From Lingula anatina (Eukaryota; Animalia; Brachiopoda), in assembly GCA_051362555.1 (NCBI GenBank), contig CM120647.1:8866001-8930000 (forward strand): a stretch of 64,000 nucleotides of DNA, read 5' to 3'. A program made the position numbers and the translations under genes. The notes under the pieces were generated by a model. The model searched no databases. It was given only the letters and a program-made list of their open reading frames with translations, and had not been told where the DNA came from. Below are positions 26,119 through 39,638 of this stretch, in pieces (within the stretch, counting starts at the first letter, position 1; each line of letters begins with the position of its first letter).

Positions 26119-29100
26119 ATGGTGATTAATGTCAGAATGATTCTGTTACTGAAGAAGAGTCACAGAAAATTTGGCTGTCACTTTAGACAACTGTGCAATC
26201 ATTGGCGAGATCTGTCCACTGTGACTGATACTACAAATATCACAGGACTGCCAAGATGTGTTTACTTATCCAAATCAAACAACATTTTTGAGAACCTGGC
26301 TTTGGAGGATTGGATTTATGAAAACACAGACTTTGAGAAGCAGAATGTGCTTTTGTTGTGGAGAAATGAACCGACAGTGGTGGGTGCAGACAGTGTGTGA
26401 GTTAAAAGTTCTCAGCCAACTGCTCACTTGGAAAGCAAATCAAGCACAAGTGAAATTCTATATTATGATGTACGGGAGTGGCTTTAAAATTAAAAACATA
26501 GAACTCAAAATTGGGTTTGTGGAAAGTAATTTTGGGATCATTTTTGGATAAAGTATACATCTTTGTTCAAAAAGAAACAGTATTGAATTGTACGTACAGG
26601 GAAAGTGAAGTTTTTGCTTTATAAATAAAGGTCTAAAATTCTTATTTATATCGTTCATTGAAATTTTCATTCTTTTTAGTAAAGGGTATAATTTTAAAAA
26701 CCAACACAGCGCTCTATAGAAAGTTTTATTCTCTACTTCAGGTAGTAGGGAGACATCAGAATCCATGGAAAGAATGCAATGTCTTCAAGCTACAGGACCT
26801 CTCTGTTCAACTAGCCAGGAGGAAGAGTGGTGGAGGCACAGTGTATCACGACATGGGGAATCTGAACTGCACTTTCTTCACCAACAAGACTCAGTACAAC
26901 AGAGACAGAAATCTGCTCTTGGTGGCCAAGGCTGTGAACCAAAGATGGGGACTGGACTTGGCTATTAATGAGAGAGATGATATTATTATGAATGGAAAAT
27001 ATAAGGTAACCAAATCTGCAAGTGATTTAACATTGTTCAATGTGTATAATATTATTCTTTTTTTTTCATTTGTGTTTATTATATTTTATTTTGTTTATTT
27101 TTCAATTATATATTCTCATTATCTTTGAAATGTTTATTTTTAAACCATATATGTTTTTAGGTTGTTTGTAAGTTGAGTGTTATTTCATTACATTACTATT
27201 TCAGGTGTCTGGTACAGCAGCTAAGCTTGGGAGGAAGTCAGCATACCACCATTTTACACTTTTATACAACACAAACCTGGACAGAGTTCACCAATTACTA
27301 CACATCCACAAGGTATACAGAAAGTTTTTTCATGGTCTATGTATCAGATGATTAAACTAAGTTATTGTTAATTTAATTTGGAGCTTAAATGACATGGTCA
27401 AAATCGCAGGATCAAGGACCATAGATATTGGAATGAGATGTAGTGCTTGATTCACATTATTTAGTCTCTAATACCCCATTCACACTACGCTCAGTTATTC
27501 GGATAAGTTGCGAATTAGGTCACAATTCGAATAAATGCAGTAGTGTGAACGCAAGAGGATTTCTTTAATGCGCATTTTCAAAATCCTGCAAGCGAGGTGG
27601 ATCTCTAAGCGCGATCCGAATAACTTACCGGAATCGACACCTGTACAGATCTTACTGCGCATGTGTGCAGATAAGTGCGGATATCTATGAACGCTTGTTT
27701 ATTACTTTAGCGATTGCGCCAAACGTATTTGGAGGTCACCACTCACTACAACATGAGCAAACAAACTTATTTTGCCATCTTATACTTCTCAAGAATGCTG
27801 GAATGTCTTTTGAGTTGCATTTGTCGTCACAAATTTTTGTTGGTATTTTAAGATTTCCTGTGCGGCGCATGCGCCAGTGTTCAAAACAGGAAGTTAAACC
27901 TGAATTTTCAACGTGGGATTCGGATTCGCTTAGCGAGTGTGAACGCAATACCGAATCAAATTCCTCATGAAAAATCCGAATTATAGAAATGCGCATTTTT
28001 GCAACTGTAGTGTGAATGGGGTATAAGTTGGTAACAACTCTGTAATACAGTATATAGTTTAGTTTATTTCACTGTAACATATGCATCCACTTGTGTGGAT
28101 GAAAATGACAATATGAATACAATTTTTGTGAATATGTTATTAAACAATCACAATGAGTAAGAATATTTACTTATTTACTATTAAAAAAAAAAAAAAAAAA
28201 ATTACTATTACTCAATTGCCGATGAGTGCAGCACTGTCTTGTAGATCCCTCCTAGCAAAAGCAGAGGAGAGAAACTGAGCTAGTGCAGTATACTATACAC
28301 AATGTATCAGAGGTTGCATTCAGACAGTGACTCATGTTGGTTTGGGTCTGAAGTAAAAAAAAAAGAGATAAAGACATAGTTTCAAGTGTTAATTTTTTCT
28401 GGCACATTGAGTTAACTATGCACTTAAAAAAGTTCATTTTTTTCAAGGCAAACATATAATAACAATAAAAGTGTTTACCTTTTCCAAGGCAAGTATTGAA
28501 AATTTTAAAGTATAGGCAGCCCCACCATTTTTTTTTTTATTTTGAAGGCTAATATTGAAAACATAGCCCTAGCATTTTTTTTTTTTTAATTTTATTTTGA
28601 AGGCAGTAATAATTAACACGGTCACACTGTCTACAATGAAAATTGTTTAATTTTTCAAGGCAGACATTAACAGCACAGCCACAGACAGTGTGAAGTCAAG
28701 TGTTCAGAACTTGTGCTGTGTGGAACCCAGCATTGATTTTGAATCTCTGACAGAAGCTGTTGCTAGGGAATATCTTCATAATGCACAGCAACAGGTAAGA
28801 AATCTTATGTTATCTGGTAATATCATTTAAAGGAAAAGGTGGATATTAATCCATGTCATATTTTCTTTAAAATCAAAAAAGAGGATTTTCACATTTTCAT
28901 TAATTGAGGGTATTTTTAATATATTGAATACTAATAAATTTAAACATTTTTGAACAAACAATTGGTTAAATAAATACTCCTTAAAAAGTGAAAAAGGAAT
29001 TGTGATATCATTTTAGAATACTAGGTTTTAATCACTTGTATGTAAAACTATGATAAAACACCTGGAAATTTCTTAGATTGTATGAGAGTAAGCATTTAAA

Positions 29101-29555
29101 TTTTGTATTAAAATTTCCAGGGAAATATAACAGAGTTGGACCCAACAGACGAGTCCAGATTTCCAGGGATTGAAAAAATCAGGGAGTCATTAGAAAACTG
29201 GCAATGGGTTTACGGAAAAACTCCCGCATTTCATATTCAAAGGACTCGACGGATAGAAATTAATGACAAACCATGTCAAATAACACTTATCATACATTTC
29301 TTTAAGGGAAGTGTCTCTGATGTAACATTTGAATCCCCAGAAATTCAGATAAGCCAGGAGTTTAAGGATATCTTTCTAAAATATTTCAAAGGAGTTCGCA
29401 TGTGGAGGGAGGATTTGGAAGTTGCAATAGATAATTTTCAGACTTCAGGACCATTTCACAGAAGCAGTTCATTAAGCCAATTTATAGTGTCTGTTTTATT
29501 GGACACTTTGACAGATAGGACGGCTGTAGATGTGGACGAAGTGGAAGTTTTATGA
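26119..29555 (+). CDS. LIPT1: Mitochondrial lipoyltransferase 1, 5 coding exons, about 400 aa
   Basis: Exons 26119-26379, 26742-27005, 27205-27312, 28660-28794, 29121-29555; all phase 0. Motifs NLALEDWI, WRNEPTVVVGRHQNPW, ARRKSGGGTVYHDMGNLN, KVSGTAAK...YHHFTLL, WQWVYGKTP. Basic N-terminal presequence. A non-coding first exon near 25650-25730 is plausible but unproven. Confidence 0.94.
27472..28023. mobile_element. Non-autonomous DNA transposon (PIF/Harbinger-like) in a LIPT1 intron
   Basis: Perfect 17-bp TIRs TACCCCATTCACACTAC / GTAGTGTGAATGGGGTA; TAA TSD at 27469-27471 and 28024-28026; CpG-rich interior unlike the host intron. Confidence 0.88.
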
Positions 29556-30010
29556 TTATTGGTATAGAGATCTGTCACCATTAATAATTAATTAAAAAAA
29601 TAAGGGTGCATAGTGCTTGATAGTTATAGATAATTGGAGAGGTGAAGTCTCCGCTTGGGCATGTACCACCTGGAGTTTGACTGCATGGACTGTTTCACAA
29701 ACTTCGACCGAAATCGTAAAAATAATGAGTGAAAGAATAAATTGAGGGGATAACTGCCTCCTGGGCAAGTACCACCAGCTGGAAAAAATAAATTAACACA
29801 TCTGTTTACACCATTATTTATTTGTCAGATTCATAACAATACACTCAGTGACAACATTGTTTATCATGTAGAACAACGGTAATTGCTCATTCTTTTCAGT
29901 GGGGAAAATTGTAAATTTTTCAGATACTGTATTTTTTAAGTAATAATTTCTGAAGATTAAAACATTCCTATTGAGTGGTAGCAACAAAATTAAAGAGCAG
30001 ACTAGTCTTA

Positions 30011-30236
30011 GGGTGCTTTCCCAGAGATTTGGATCGATCTAAAGATTAAGTTTTAGATCGACCTAACTCCCTGGGGGTTCACGCTAAATTGCAGTCAGCC
30101 GAGCGGGCACCATAGTTAATTACCCCCTTACAGCTTTTAGTAGGCGGGACAGACGCTTAAGCCGGCCAAGCTGACAGTAATCTAGTGAGACTCCCCACAG
30201 GGATAGATCGATCTAAAAATCTATGGAAATGGAGTG
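30011..30236. mobile_element. PIF/Harbinger-like MITE family B copy
   Basis: TTA on both sides; starts GGGTGCTTTCCCAGA; internal GGGGGTTCACGCTAAAT and TAGTGAGACTCCCC are shared with other copies. Confidence 0.75.
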
Positions 30237-32187
30237 TTATAGTTCTATTCTGTACTGTAAAAGCACCACATTTGCTATATAGAAATATAATTTTTGTGAT
30301 AATAAAATGTTGTATCTGAAAGTTTAACAATTTTTTGCCCATTAAAAAAAGTGATTACTGTATGCCACGAGGCTAGAGCTCCGTCACAATTTTTGGGGAC
30401 TTAGATTAGACTGTTAGAATTGGATAACTGACTACATTAAGTGGAACTTGGCAATGCTGGTCTAAGAACCAAACTTAGTAGAATAAATTAGTTTACAAAC
30501 AATTTTTGATTTAAATATACTGTAGTTGACTTATAGTTGGCTTACTGTTTTCATTACTGACACTCTTACCAATCAATAACAGCTTCACAGGCTTGGTTAT
30601 AAGAGCAATAATAAAATAAGAATCCTTTTCAATTCTCTGTGAAATGCAATTAAGTCAGCTAAAATTATTAGCAGTCTCTGCCAAGTCCAAGTCCAATCTA
30701 AGGCTTTACCACCAGTGAGAGCATTTTTTTAACAGGGAGGCAAAAACACCAACATAAAATTATGAAAAAAATTATTACACAACATGAAGTATTTGACAAA
30801 AAATGTTACACTAAAGTATACAATTTCATCAGGTTATTGTAGGATAAAGCAGTATTGCACATCATTTTAAATAAGTATACACCAAACACACTACTTTCTC
30901 AACATTATTTGATAGCCTTAACAGATAATTACACAAAATTTTGAAAATGGCTAGAAGCACCTCAAGTTGAGTTTAACAGCAGAGCTCACTATTTGTAAGA
31001 TTATGCATTTTGTCATAACGAAAGCTATATACATTATGCCTTTCACAAAAAAGAGAGATTCTAGGTTTTAAAATATATGAATACATTGAATTATGGCTTG
31101 ATAACCCACAACCATAAATGAGCTGTCATACTGCAAAAAATAATAATATCAATAATTTTGAAAATAAAAAAAACAAGACATACAATGGATGTTAGAGTGA
31201 AAGAAGCAAAAAATAATTATAATAGTTTTCCAGGCATTTTTAACATCTTTTCCTTAAAATTAAAATATACCCTGCCTGATGCCCTTAAGAAAATAATCTT
31301 TAAACTTGTTCTTGAGTTCTACATTGAATTCGTTATCTTTGTCATAGCTGCAATAATTCATCAGTTTAAATCTCCATCAGTATAGTAGAGTGACTTATAA
31401 ATTAGCTACTTGTATGTTTTTTCAGCCTGATTTTACAAAACATCTCTTCATCATGTGTGTACCCAAGTTTACATAATTTCAATAAATAATGGAATTGTTG
31501 GAGTCTAAACTTTAAATTAAGAAAAGTACATTGAAAATGTGCCCTCAAAAGGAAAAATCAAACAATGTAAAAACTAATACATAATCTGGAATGTCTCAAT
31601 AAAAACTTCCCCAGTGTCTGTTCAGAATCTCATGACCAACTTGATATTAATTAAAATAACCCTGTATTTTAACTAATTAAGTGCCAGTGAAAGAAACCTG
31701 ATTGGTCCTGATCATTTTTAACACAAATAATATCCTTAATATTACATTCTTGACGATTACACATTTACAAAAAGCCACATCAAATATTCATAAACATTTA
31801 CCTGAAGCTTCTTAGTCAGGGGAAATATCCACATTGATTTCAAAGTCAACGTATAAATTGGTCAAATTCTGCTGACTTGAATTTCTATACCATGGACTTC
31901 AACTACTGTAAGTTGGTTACCTTTTAAACTGTAGAAAATTGATATTTCTATTTAAGTAAACATATATTCAATAGTAGAGTGTCTGAGGTTCATAACACCT
32001 ATTATTATTGTTATATAGTAAGTAACAATTGGGACCAAAAACTGTCATCTTTTGTTTAATTCAAAACCATACACTACTGGTCACTGCATCTAAAACCGGA
32101 CTTGTCTGACTCAAGTCACTGTACTTCATTATCATTTTCGACCCCATTTCAAATAAATTATTAAGCTAAAACAATCCAACATCCAAA

Positions 32188-35100
32188 TCAAAAATGCGCT
32201 GAGGCACCTCCATTTCTTTGATCAGCTGATGCTGCAAAGTCTTCATTGAATTTGGACGCAAACTGGACAAAATTCAGAGGCTCTGGCCACGTCGCTATGG
32301 TGTGACCTTTGCTTTCAAGTTCACTCTGGATTGAGGCTGGAAAACTGCCTGCAGAAAATAAAAAAGAATCCATGTTATGGCAGTATAATTATGAAACCTA
32401 ACAGACTTGAAAGAGGAGACTTACTGATTGAATGGGCGACAGCAAATAACTTGAAGATCATGAATACCGTCTACAAGAAGAAGATATCAAGAAGATGGAC
32501 ATGGCAAAGCCCAGATGGATGTACAAGAAACGAAATTGATTACATCATGACAAACAGACCGAACATCTTCACGGATGTGAAAGTGCTAAACAGACTGGAT
32601 GCGGGCAGTGACCACAGAGCAGTTATGGGAGTGATTAGGATCAATGTCAGGAAGGACAGACAGAAATGCCTGTCAAATCCATCAAAGAGACCTTGTATCG
32701 AGCAACTGGTCATAAAGAAAGACGAGTTCCAAATCCTCCTAACGAACAGATTCAGTGCACTAGAGCTAGAAGGTGAAGATGGAGTAGATGAAATGAACGA
32801 TAGAATAACGACCACCATCCTAGAATGTGCATCAGAAGTCGCACCGGCCAGTAAAATGAAGGACTCAAAGCTCTCAACAGAAACGAGGATTCTCATGAAG
32901 AAAAGACGGATGATGAAGAAAACAGAAGTAAACAACAACAGGGACATCAGAAACAACATCGAATTTGCAGAACTGGATAAGACCATCAAGAAGAAGGCAA
33001 GGGAAGACATCAGGAAGCAGAACATGAAGAAGATAGCAGAGACCATCGAAAATGGAAAGAGCATGAAAAGAGCAAAGAGATCCTTTCAACTAGGGCAGGA
33101 TAAAATGCTGACTCTTCTAGACAAAGATGAAAATGAGCTTACCACACAAGACCAAATATTAGAACGAGTAGAAGAATTCTATGGAGAGTTGTATGACAGC
33201 AACAAGGGAATAGAAATCTCAACAAAGGCATGCAATCTACCAGACATAACAGCTTGGGAAGTAGAGTCAGCAGTCCAGAAAATGAAGAACGGAAAGGCAG
33301 CAGGGAATGACAACATCAAAGCAGAAATGGTAAAAGCAGGAGGAGATATCCTATCTCAGGAATTAGCCAGGCTCTTCACAAAGTGCTTACATCTGAAGGA
33401 AATTCCTGTAGCATGGAAGAACGCCAACATGATCATAATGTTCAAAAAGGGCAACAGGAAAGACATCAAGAATTACAGACCCATCTGCCTACTTTCTAAT
33501 TTGTACAAGATTTACACCAAAATATTGACCGAAAGGCTAACAAGACAACTAGATGAAGCGCAGCCAAAGGAGCAAGCAGGTTTCAGAGGCCAGTACACCA
33601 CTACTGATCATATGCACACTGTCAACCAGCTCAAAGAGAAATGTCTCGAGTATAACATTCCACTATGTGTAGCATTTGTTGATTATGAAAAAGCCTTCGA
33701 CTCAGTAGAAACCCAGTATATACTGGCATCCCTGCAAGATCTAGGGATCGAAGATGGATACATAGACGTCCTCAGAGACATATACACCAATAGCTCTGTA
33801 ACAGTCAAACTACACAAGACCACCAATAAGATCAGGATCAAGAAAGGAGATACAATCTCTCCTAAACTGTTCACAGCAGCATTGGAACGTATATTCAGGG
33901 ATCTAGACTGGCAAGACAAGGGCATAAACATAGACGGTACCAGGCTCAATCACCTTAGGTTTGCAGACGACATCATAATAGTAGCAGATGATGCAAAAGA
34001 CCTAGAAGAAATGCTACAGGCGTTAGCAGATGAAAGCGCAAAAAGTGGGCTAAAGATGAACACCAGCAAGACAAAGGTGATGTTTGGACCACTAACCACC
34101 CCTTGCACAGTGAAAGTCAACACCAAAGAGATAGAAGCAGTGGAAGAGTATATATACCTTGGGCAACGGTTCAGCCTTAGTGATCAAACACTGGAGAAAG
34201 AAATCCAACGAAGGATAAAAGCAGGATGGGCAGCATATGGGAAGCACAATGACATCTTCAAGAGCAACCTTCCTACCTGCCTGAAAAAGAAAGTGTTCAA
34301 TGCTTGTGTGCTGCCGGTAATCACCTATGGTTCAGAGACCTGGGCACTGAATGCCTCCATGGAACACAAGCTACAAGTAGCTCAGAGAAAGATGGAAAGA
34401 ATTATGTTGAACATCAATCCAAAAGAGCGGAAAACGAATGTATGGTTACGTGAACAGACCAAAGTCAAGGACGTACTACTCACAGTTAAAGAAATGAAAT
34501 GGAGGTGGGCAGGACATGTCAAAAGAATGAAGGACAATAGGTGGACAATCAGGCTTACAGAATGGACCCCAAGGTATGGACAAAGAAAAAGAGGAAGGCC
34601 GGTCAAACGATGGAGGGATGAATTAGATGACTACTGGAAGTCTTGGAAGAAGAAACCTTGGCCAAACTGGAAATCTGAGGCTCAGGATAGGAAACAATGG
34701 AAAAAGCATGCTGAGGCCTTTGTCCAACAGTGGAACACTATAGGCTCTAAATGATGATCATGATGAACAGACTTATTATATTCTCTGAGATGAAAAAGGA
34801 CCTGACAGCGTTTAGAAATCCTGAAAATATAAGCATCAAAGCCATGCAGCTATATATGGGTAAAATCTTAATGTGTGCTCGGTTATTATGTTGATGAGTT
34901 AATGCATTATGAGTTAAACACATCACTTTAGTCTGGTTTGTGCATTTAGAGTTACACTGAGGTTATTTGTGATCGCCATATTACCATTGTTGTGTTTTTG
35001 TTTAAGTATGAAGAGTATCTATGCGACTATGGAAGGCGTGATTGTGTTAGTTGTGATAGCCATATCTCAACCAATGTCTCAACTAATGCAATATTCCAAT

Positions 35101-38100
35101 AATCACAACAAACACACTTTTTACCTTCTACATCAATGTCAGCCTGGCTTACAGAACTGCTGTAGTGGTCCAGGCAGAGACGTGGCAATTGTATGGAAGT
35201 TTTGATATCTTGGCTGAATGTCACCAAGTTCAGCAGGGCTTGGACCAATCCTACATTCATGATGCAGAAAAGAATGTATAAATAGTATCATGAATTTATA
35301 TAATGTTCACACACACACACACACATGTGCACATGCATGTACAAACACACACTCACACTGTACTTTTGTGATAAGACGAGAGAGGGAGAATTAATGAATA
35401 TTAAAAGAGAAATTTAATCAAACTGAGTGAGAGAGAGAGGGAGACTGACTGCCACCTACCTGCCACTGTCTCCGTGCCATTAGTCCCACCAAAAGTTGCT
35501 CTTAAGCTGCACGGCTTATCATGAGAGTAGAACACAGCTGGAGCCATACCAGTCAGAGGTCTCATGTTTGGTGCAATGACATTGTTCTAGAAAAAGAAAT
35601 TTCTGAGGATTATAAATACAATACACCTTCATGAAGTCCTATTGATAAGGATGCATCATCATCATCATCATCATCATTGTTGTAATATTTTTGTTTTATT
35701 TTATTTTATTTTATTTATTTTATTATTTTTTAAAATCCAATAAAATTATTTGTAGTTGATTTTTCAAAGATATCAATTTGGCCAGAGTGGTGGGAATGTC
35801 AATTATCTACACATCTCACCATCAGGCTAATTTATTTGTATTTAGATTAGCAGTTTTCTCAGGCTGAGAATGTTACTTACAAGGTTGGGTTTGCTGTCAG
35901 TTTGTGATGAAAATGCTGTCATTCCTGCATTGAGAATTACACCAGAAGAAGTCATGATTTTACTGCCAAACCACTGCCCCAGACATCTGAAGTTCAAAAT
36001 GTTACATTGTTATAATACATGAAATTGTTACACAATTTGTATGTGTGGAATACTCAGAATAGCTTATTTTTCATACTTTTATATAAAATATGACAAAAAC
36101 AAATTGCGCAATTTACTTAAAGGGATAATAACTCTTCGTATGATATCTATATTTCAAAATAAAAACATTGTGAACAACTGGTAGAAATATAATATATTCT
36201 GTTTTACCACAAAAACGGCAGTTATAGCTATTATTCTGATATCTGAGCTTGTCTTCAGATCACATGACCTCCATTGATGACTGTACTCGGTTATAATCTC
36301 TTAAGAGATTTTAACAAAAAACCAAACTTTTTAGAAAAAAAAACCAGGGACTAACTTTGAATGTAAAAATGGATTCATTAACCATTGGTTAGTATGGGAA
36401 AATTGTTGTTTACTCCAGGAAAATTCATTTTTTGGCCAAAACGAAGAGTTATTATCCCTTTAAATCACGCTGACCTTGTCTAAGTGCTGACCTTGACCCA
36501 ATTATTTCAATCTTACCCCGTAACAGAGACCATTTGTTCTTTAGGACCAAACACAGACACATGCGATCCTCCTGTCATGACCTTCAGGGTGTTAGCTGTG
36601 CCATAGTCTGCCGCACTGGGTAAAACTCCCGAGTCTTTGATAGTATACCTTGTCAGGTTTGCAGCAGAAGAACTGAAAGTAAAACATATTTATTATAGTC
36701 ATGACTTTCTGGGCCATAGTCTGTTGCACTGGGTAAAACTCCCGAGTCTTTGATAGTATACCTTGTCAGGTTTGCAACAGAAGAACTGAAATTTAAATAT
36801 ATATATCTTAGTCATGACCTTCAGGGTGTTAGCTGTGCTATAGTCTGCACTGGGTAAAACTCCTGAGTCTTTGATAGTATACCTTGTCAGGTTTGCAACA
36901 GAAGAACTGAAAGTAAAACATATATACATTATAGTGGTGTGTCATAGTCTTCTCTGTTGAAATTCTAACAAAAAGCAATACTGTGACTGTATATAAATAT
37001 CACAGCTCAGACCTTCAATTCTAGGTTAAAAAAAAAAAAATTAAAAACATTTATCTAGTAATAGAATAACTGAAAGTAAAACAATCACAATCACATTGCC
37101 CATGGGATTGAAATTGATAAAATCATACTTTATAACCTTGAATATGTTGGCCTTGACTTAAATATTTTGTTCCAAAGTATTCCCTTCAGAGTTGCAAATA
37201 CTATCAAAAGTACAAAAATAAAGAGAAAAAAACAACTAAAAAGTCTCCTTACTTAAACATTTCTTGTACCACCTTCTCTACAGTTTCTTTATTGCTGTCT
37301 CCCAGTTGCGACATCTTGTTATAGCCAAACTTGAAAGTCTACAACAAACAAACAAAAGATAAATTCGAGAAAAGGTGTTCGTATACAATGCCAATTAGCC
37401 CAAGTTCAAAACAGGGGTGAATATCTATCGACATCATTACTGTTATCACTACTATTATCTATCAACTGTTGTTATTAAGTAAATGATATTATTTTCATAA
37501 TTATTATTATTTTCAAACTGGCTCAGTATATTCAACATGTACATAAAACCCTAAACCCCTTACCTCAGTCAATCTATGGTACATAAGAGTTGTGTTGAAA
37601 TCTTTGGCTGTCATCTCAAACTGGCTCAGTATATTCAACATGTACAGTAGTACGGGGCCAGCAGTGGGGGCTGCACTGCTCCAGACTCTGTACCCTGAAA
37701 TATTAAAATTAAAATCATTCATATTAATATTAACAATAATTTTTTGGGGGGATGATACTTTCCCCAAATTATTGTAATTTAAAAACATTTATGACAAGCA
37801 AAGGATTAAAGAACAAAGATTCTGAAATCTCACTGAATCACAAAAATTATCATCATCATCACAGGCCCTGTATTAGAGTTTTAAATAAGCAAAAAAATGG
37901 ATAGACTTAGTTATAAAACTGGCATGATTTTGAAAAGACCCCTTCTATCATATAAGGTCTAATAAGTGTCACAGTAAACTTCTGCAAAAGTTCAGATTAG
38001 AAAGGCCTATATGTGAGGGAATCAGAATAAGGACATAATGGCCTGCATTGCCTATGAATGAAATAAATACAGTGTACATCGCGTCTCAATGAAAAATAAA

Positions 38101-38422
38101 GTGATGTGAAGCTTACCGCCATATGCCATCTCTAGGGGTTGTTCTTGGCGCACACTGTACTGGGTTAGATCTTCTGTAGTTATGATACCATTATAGCTTT
38201 GTAGCTGAAACAGTGGACAGGGAGTTAATATGCAGCCTCTCTCTCTCTCTCTCTCTCAATTTCTCATATGTATAATAAATGTTGTCATTCCTGTCAAGAT
38301 TGGTCAAGGTTGATCTAACTTGGTGTGACCCAGGCGTGCGTGTGTGCATGCGTGCGTGTTTTATGTCAGTGTCTCTCCCTCCCACCTTCCCCTCTCTCTG
38401 TCTATTTTTCTGCTTCTAGCTC

Positions 38423-38472
<50 letters not shown>

Positions 38473-39575
38473 TTTACCTTCCCAATAATATCATTTCCCA
38501 GTGATCCTCCATATAAAGCACCTTCTCCTTGGCTGGCTATAATATCCAAAGTGTTGGCCAGGTTCTCCAATATCATGGTATCTCCTTCTTTATACGGCAC
38601 CCCACTACTGCTATTGGTGAAAGTCTTCTTAAATTCGGTATCAAAGAGGTCTTCATTCAGAGAAAGGTGAGTATTTAAAACATGCGCTGGAAAAGGAATG
38701 AATAGTGTTTACTACAAATTAAGTGGGTCAGTTTCAGAAAAGAATGTTTTTTTGTATAATACCAAAATTTTCAAATAAATTTGGATTAGATAAGGGTTTC
38801 ACAAAAGAGGGGGAAAATGACCAGTAGCAAACTTTTCATCCTTTTTTTTTTTTTATTCACTGAAAGGATATATTTTCAGTCTTAAATAATACTCATGTAT
38901 TTCTAATGACAAACAGGAGCAGCATTTAATTTAACTTTACTCCTACTCATGGATTTTCCCTGCAAACTGTCCAGTCATCATTTGGATGGCCGCCAGCATC
39001 ACCAGACAGCCTATATTTTCAAAGATGGCTCGAAAACTTATGGTTTTTTTGGACATTTGACAGCTTTAGGCATGCCAGGACTTCCGGAAATTTTGTAGGA
39101 AATTACAGGTGCTAATTTTGGACGACCTGTACCCCCATTCCTGGGGAAAAGCGCCTAGTACAACCCTCCTACAGCTTCCATCTTGGGTCAAAGCCGATAA
39201 AAATTTTGGTCTGAAAGCTCAGAGCAACTTTCTCCTTCAAATGTTTGTTGTGATATTATTCCCAGTTTAAGGAAGGCTTGTATTTAAACAGGAGAGTAAA
39301 ATTAAAAAAAAAAATGTAAGTTTAAAAAGTTGGTCTTAATGTCTTACCCAAGTCCTTAGAAACTTTGAAACCATTTCTAGCCAAATCGGCTGCAGGTTTC
39401 ACCAAGTCAGCCCAGGGCAGGCTAATTATAATAGAAAATGATCAGCATATCATGTATAAAATTGATTTTTGTTATAAGGTGTCATGTTTTCACATAAAAA
39501 TATACAAGCCTCAATACTACTCAAATGCAGAAAATCCCATGCTAAATTTAAGAAAATTAATCTCCTTAGCAGCAG

Positions 39576-39638
<63 letters not shown>

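Noticed and set aside
32331-32408. N-terminus of the 807-aa ORF as a genuine start or host-LINE fusion
   Set aside because: It begins at a non-ATG codon in host sequence upstream of the TSD, antisense to GGT7; a chance in-frame extension.
32540-34606. Minus-strand ORFs overlapping the LINE
   Set aside because: Antisense shadows of the A-rich RT ORF with no independent motifs.
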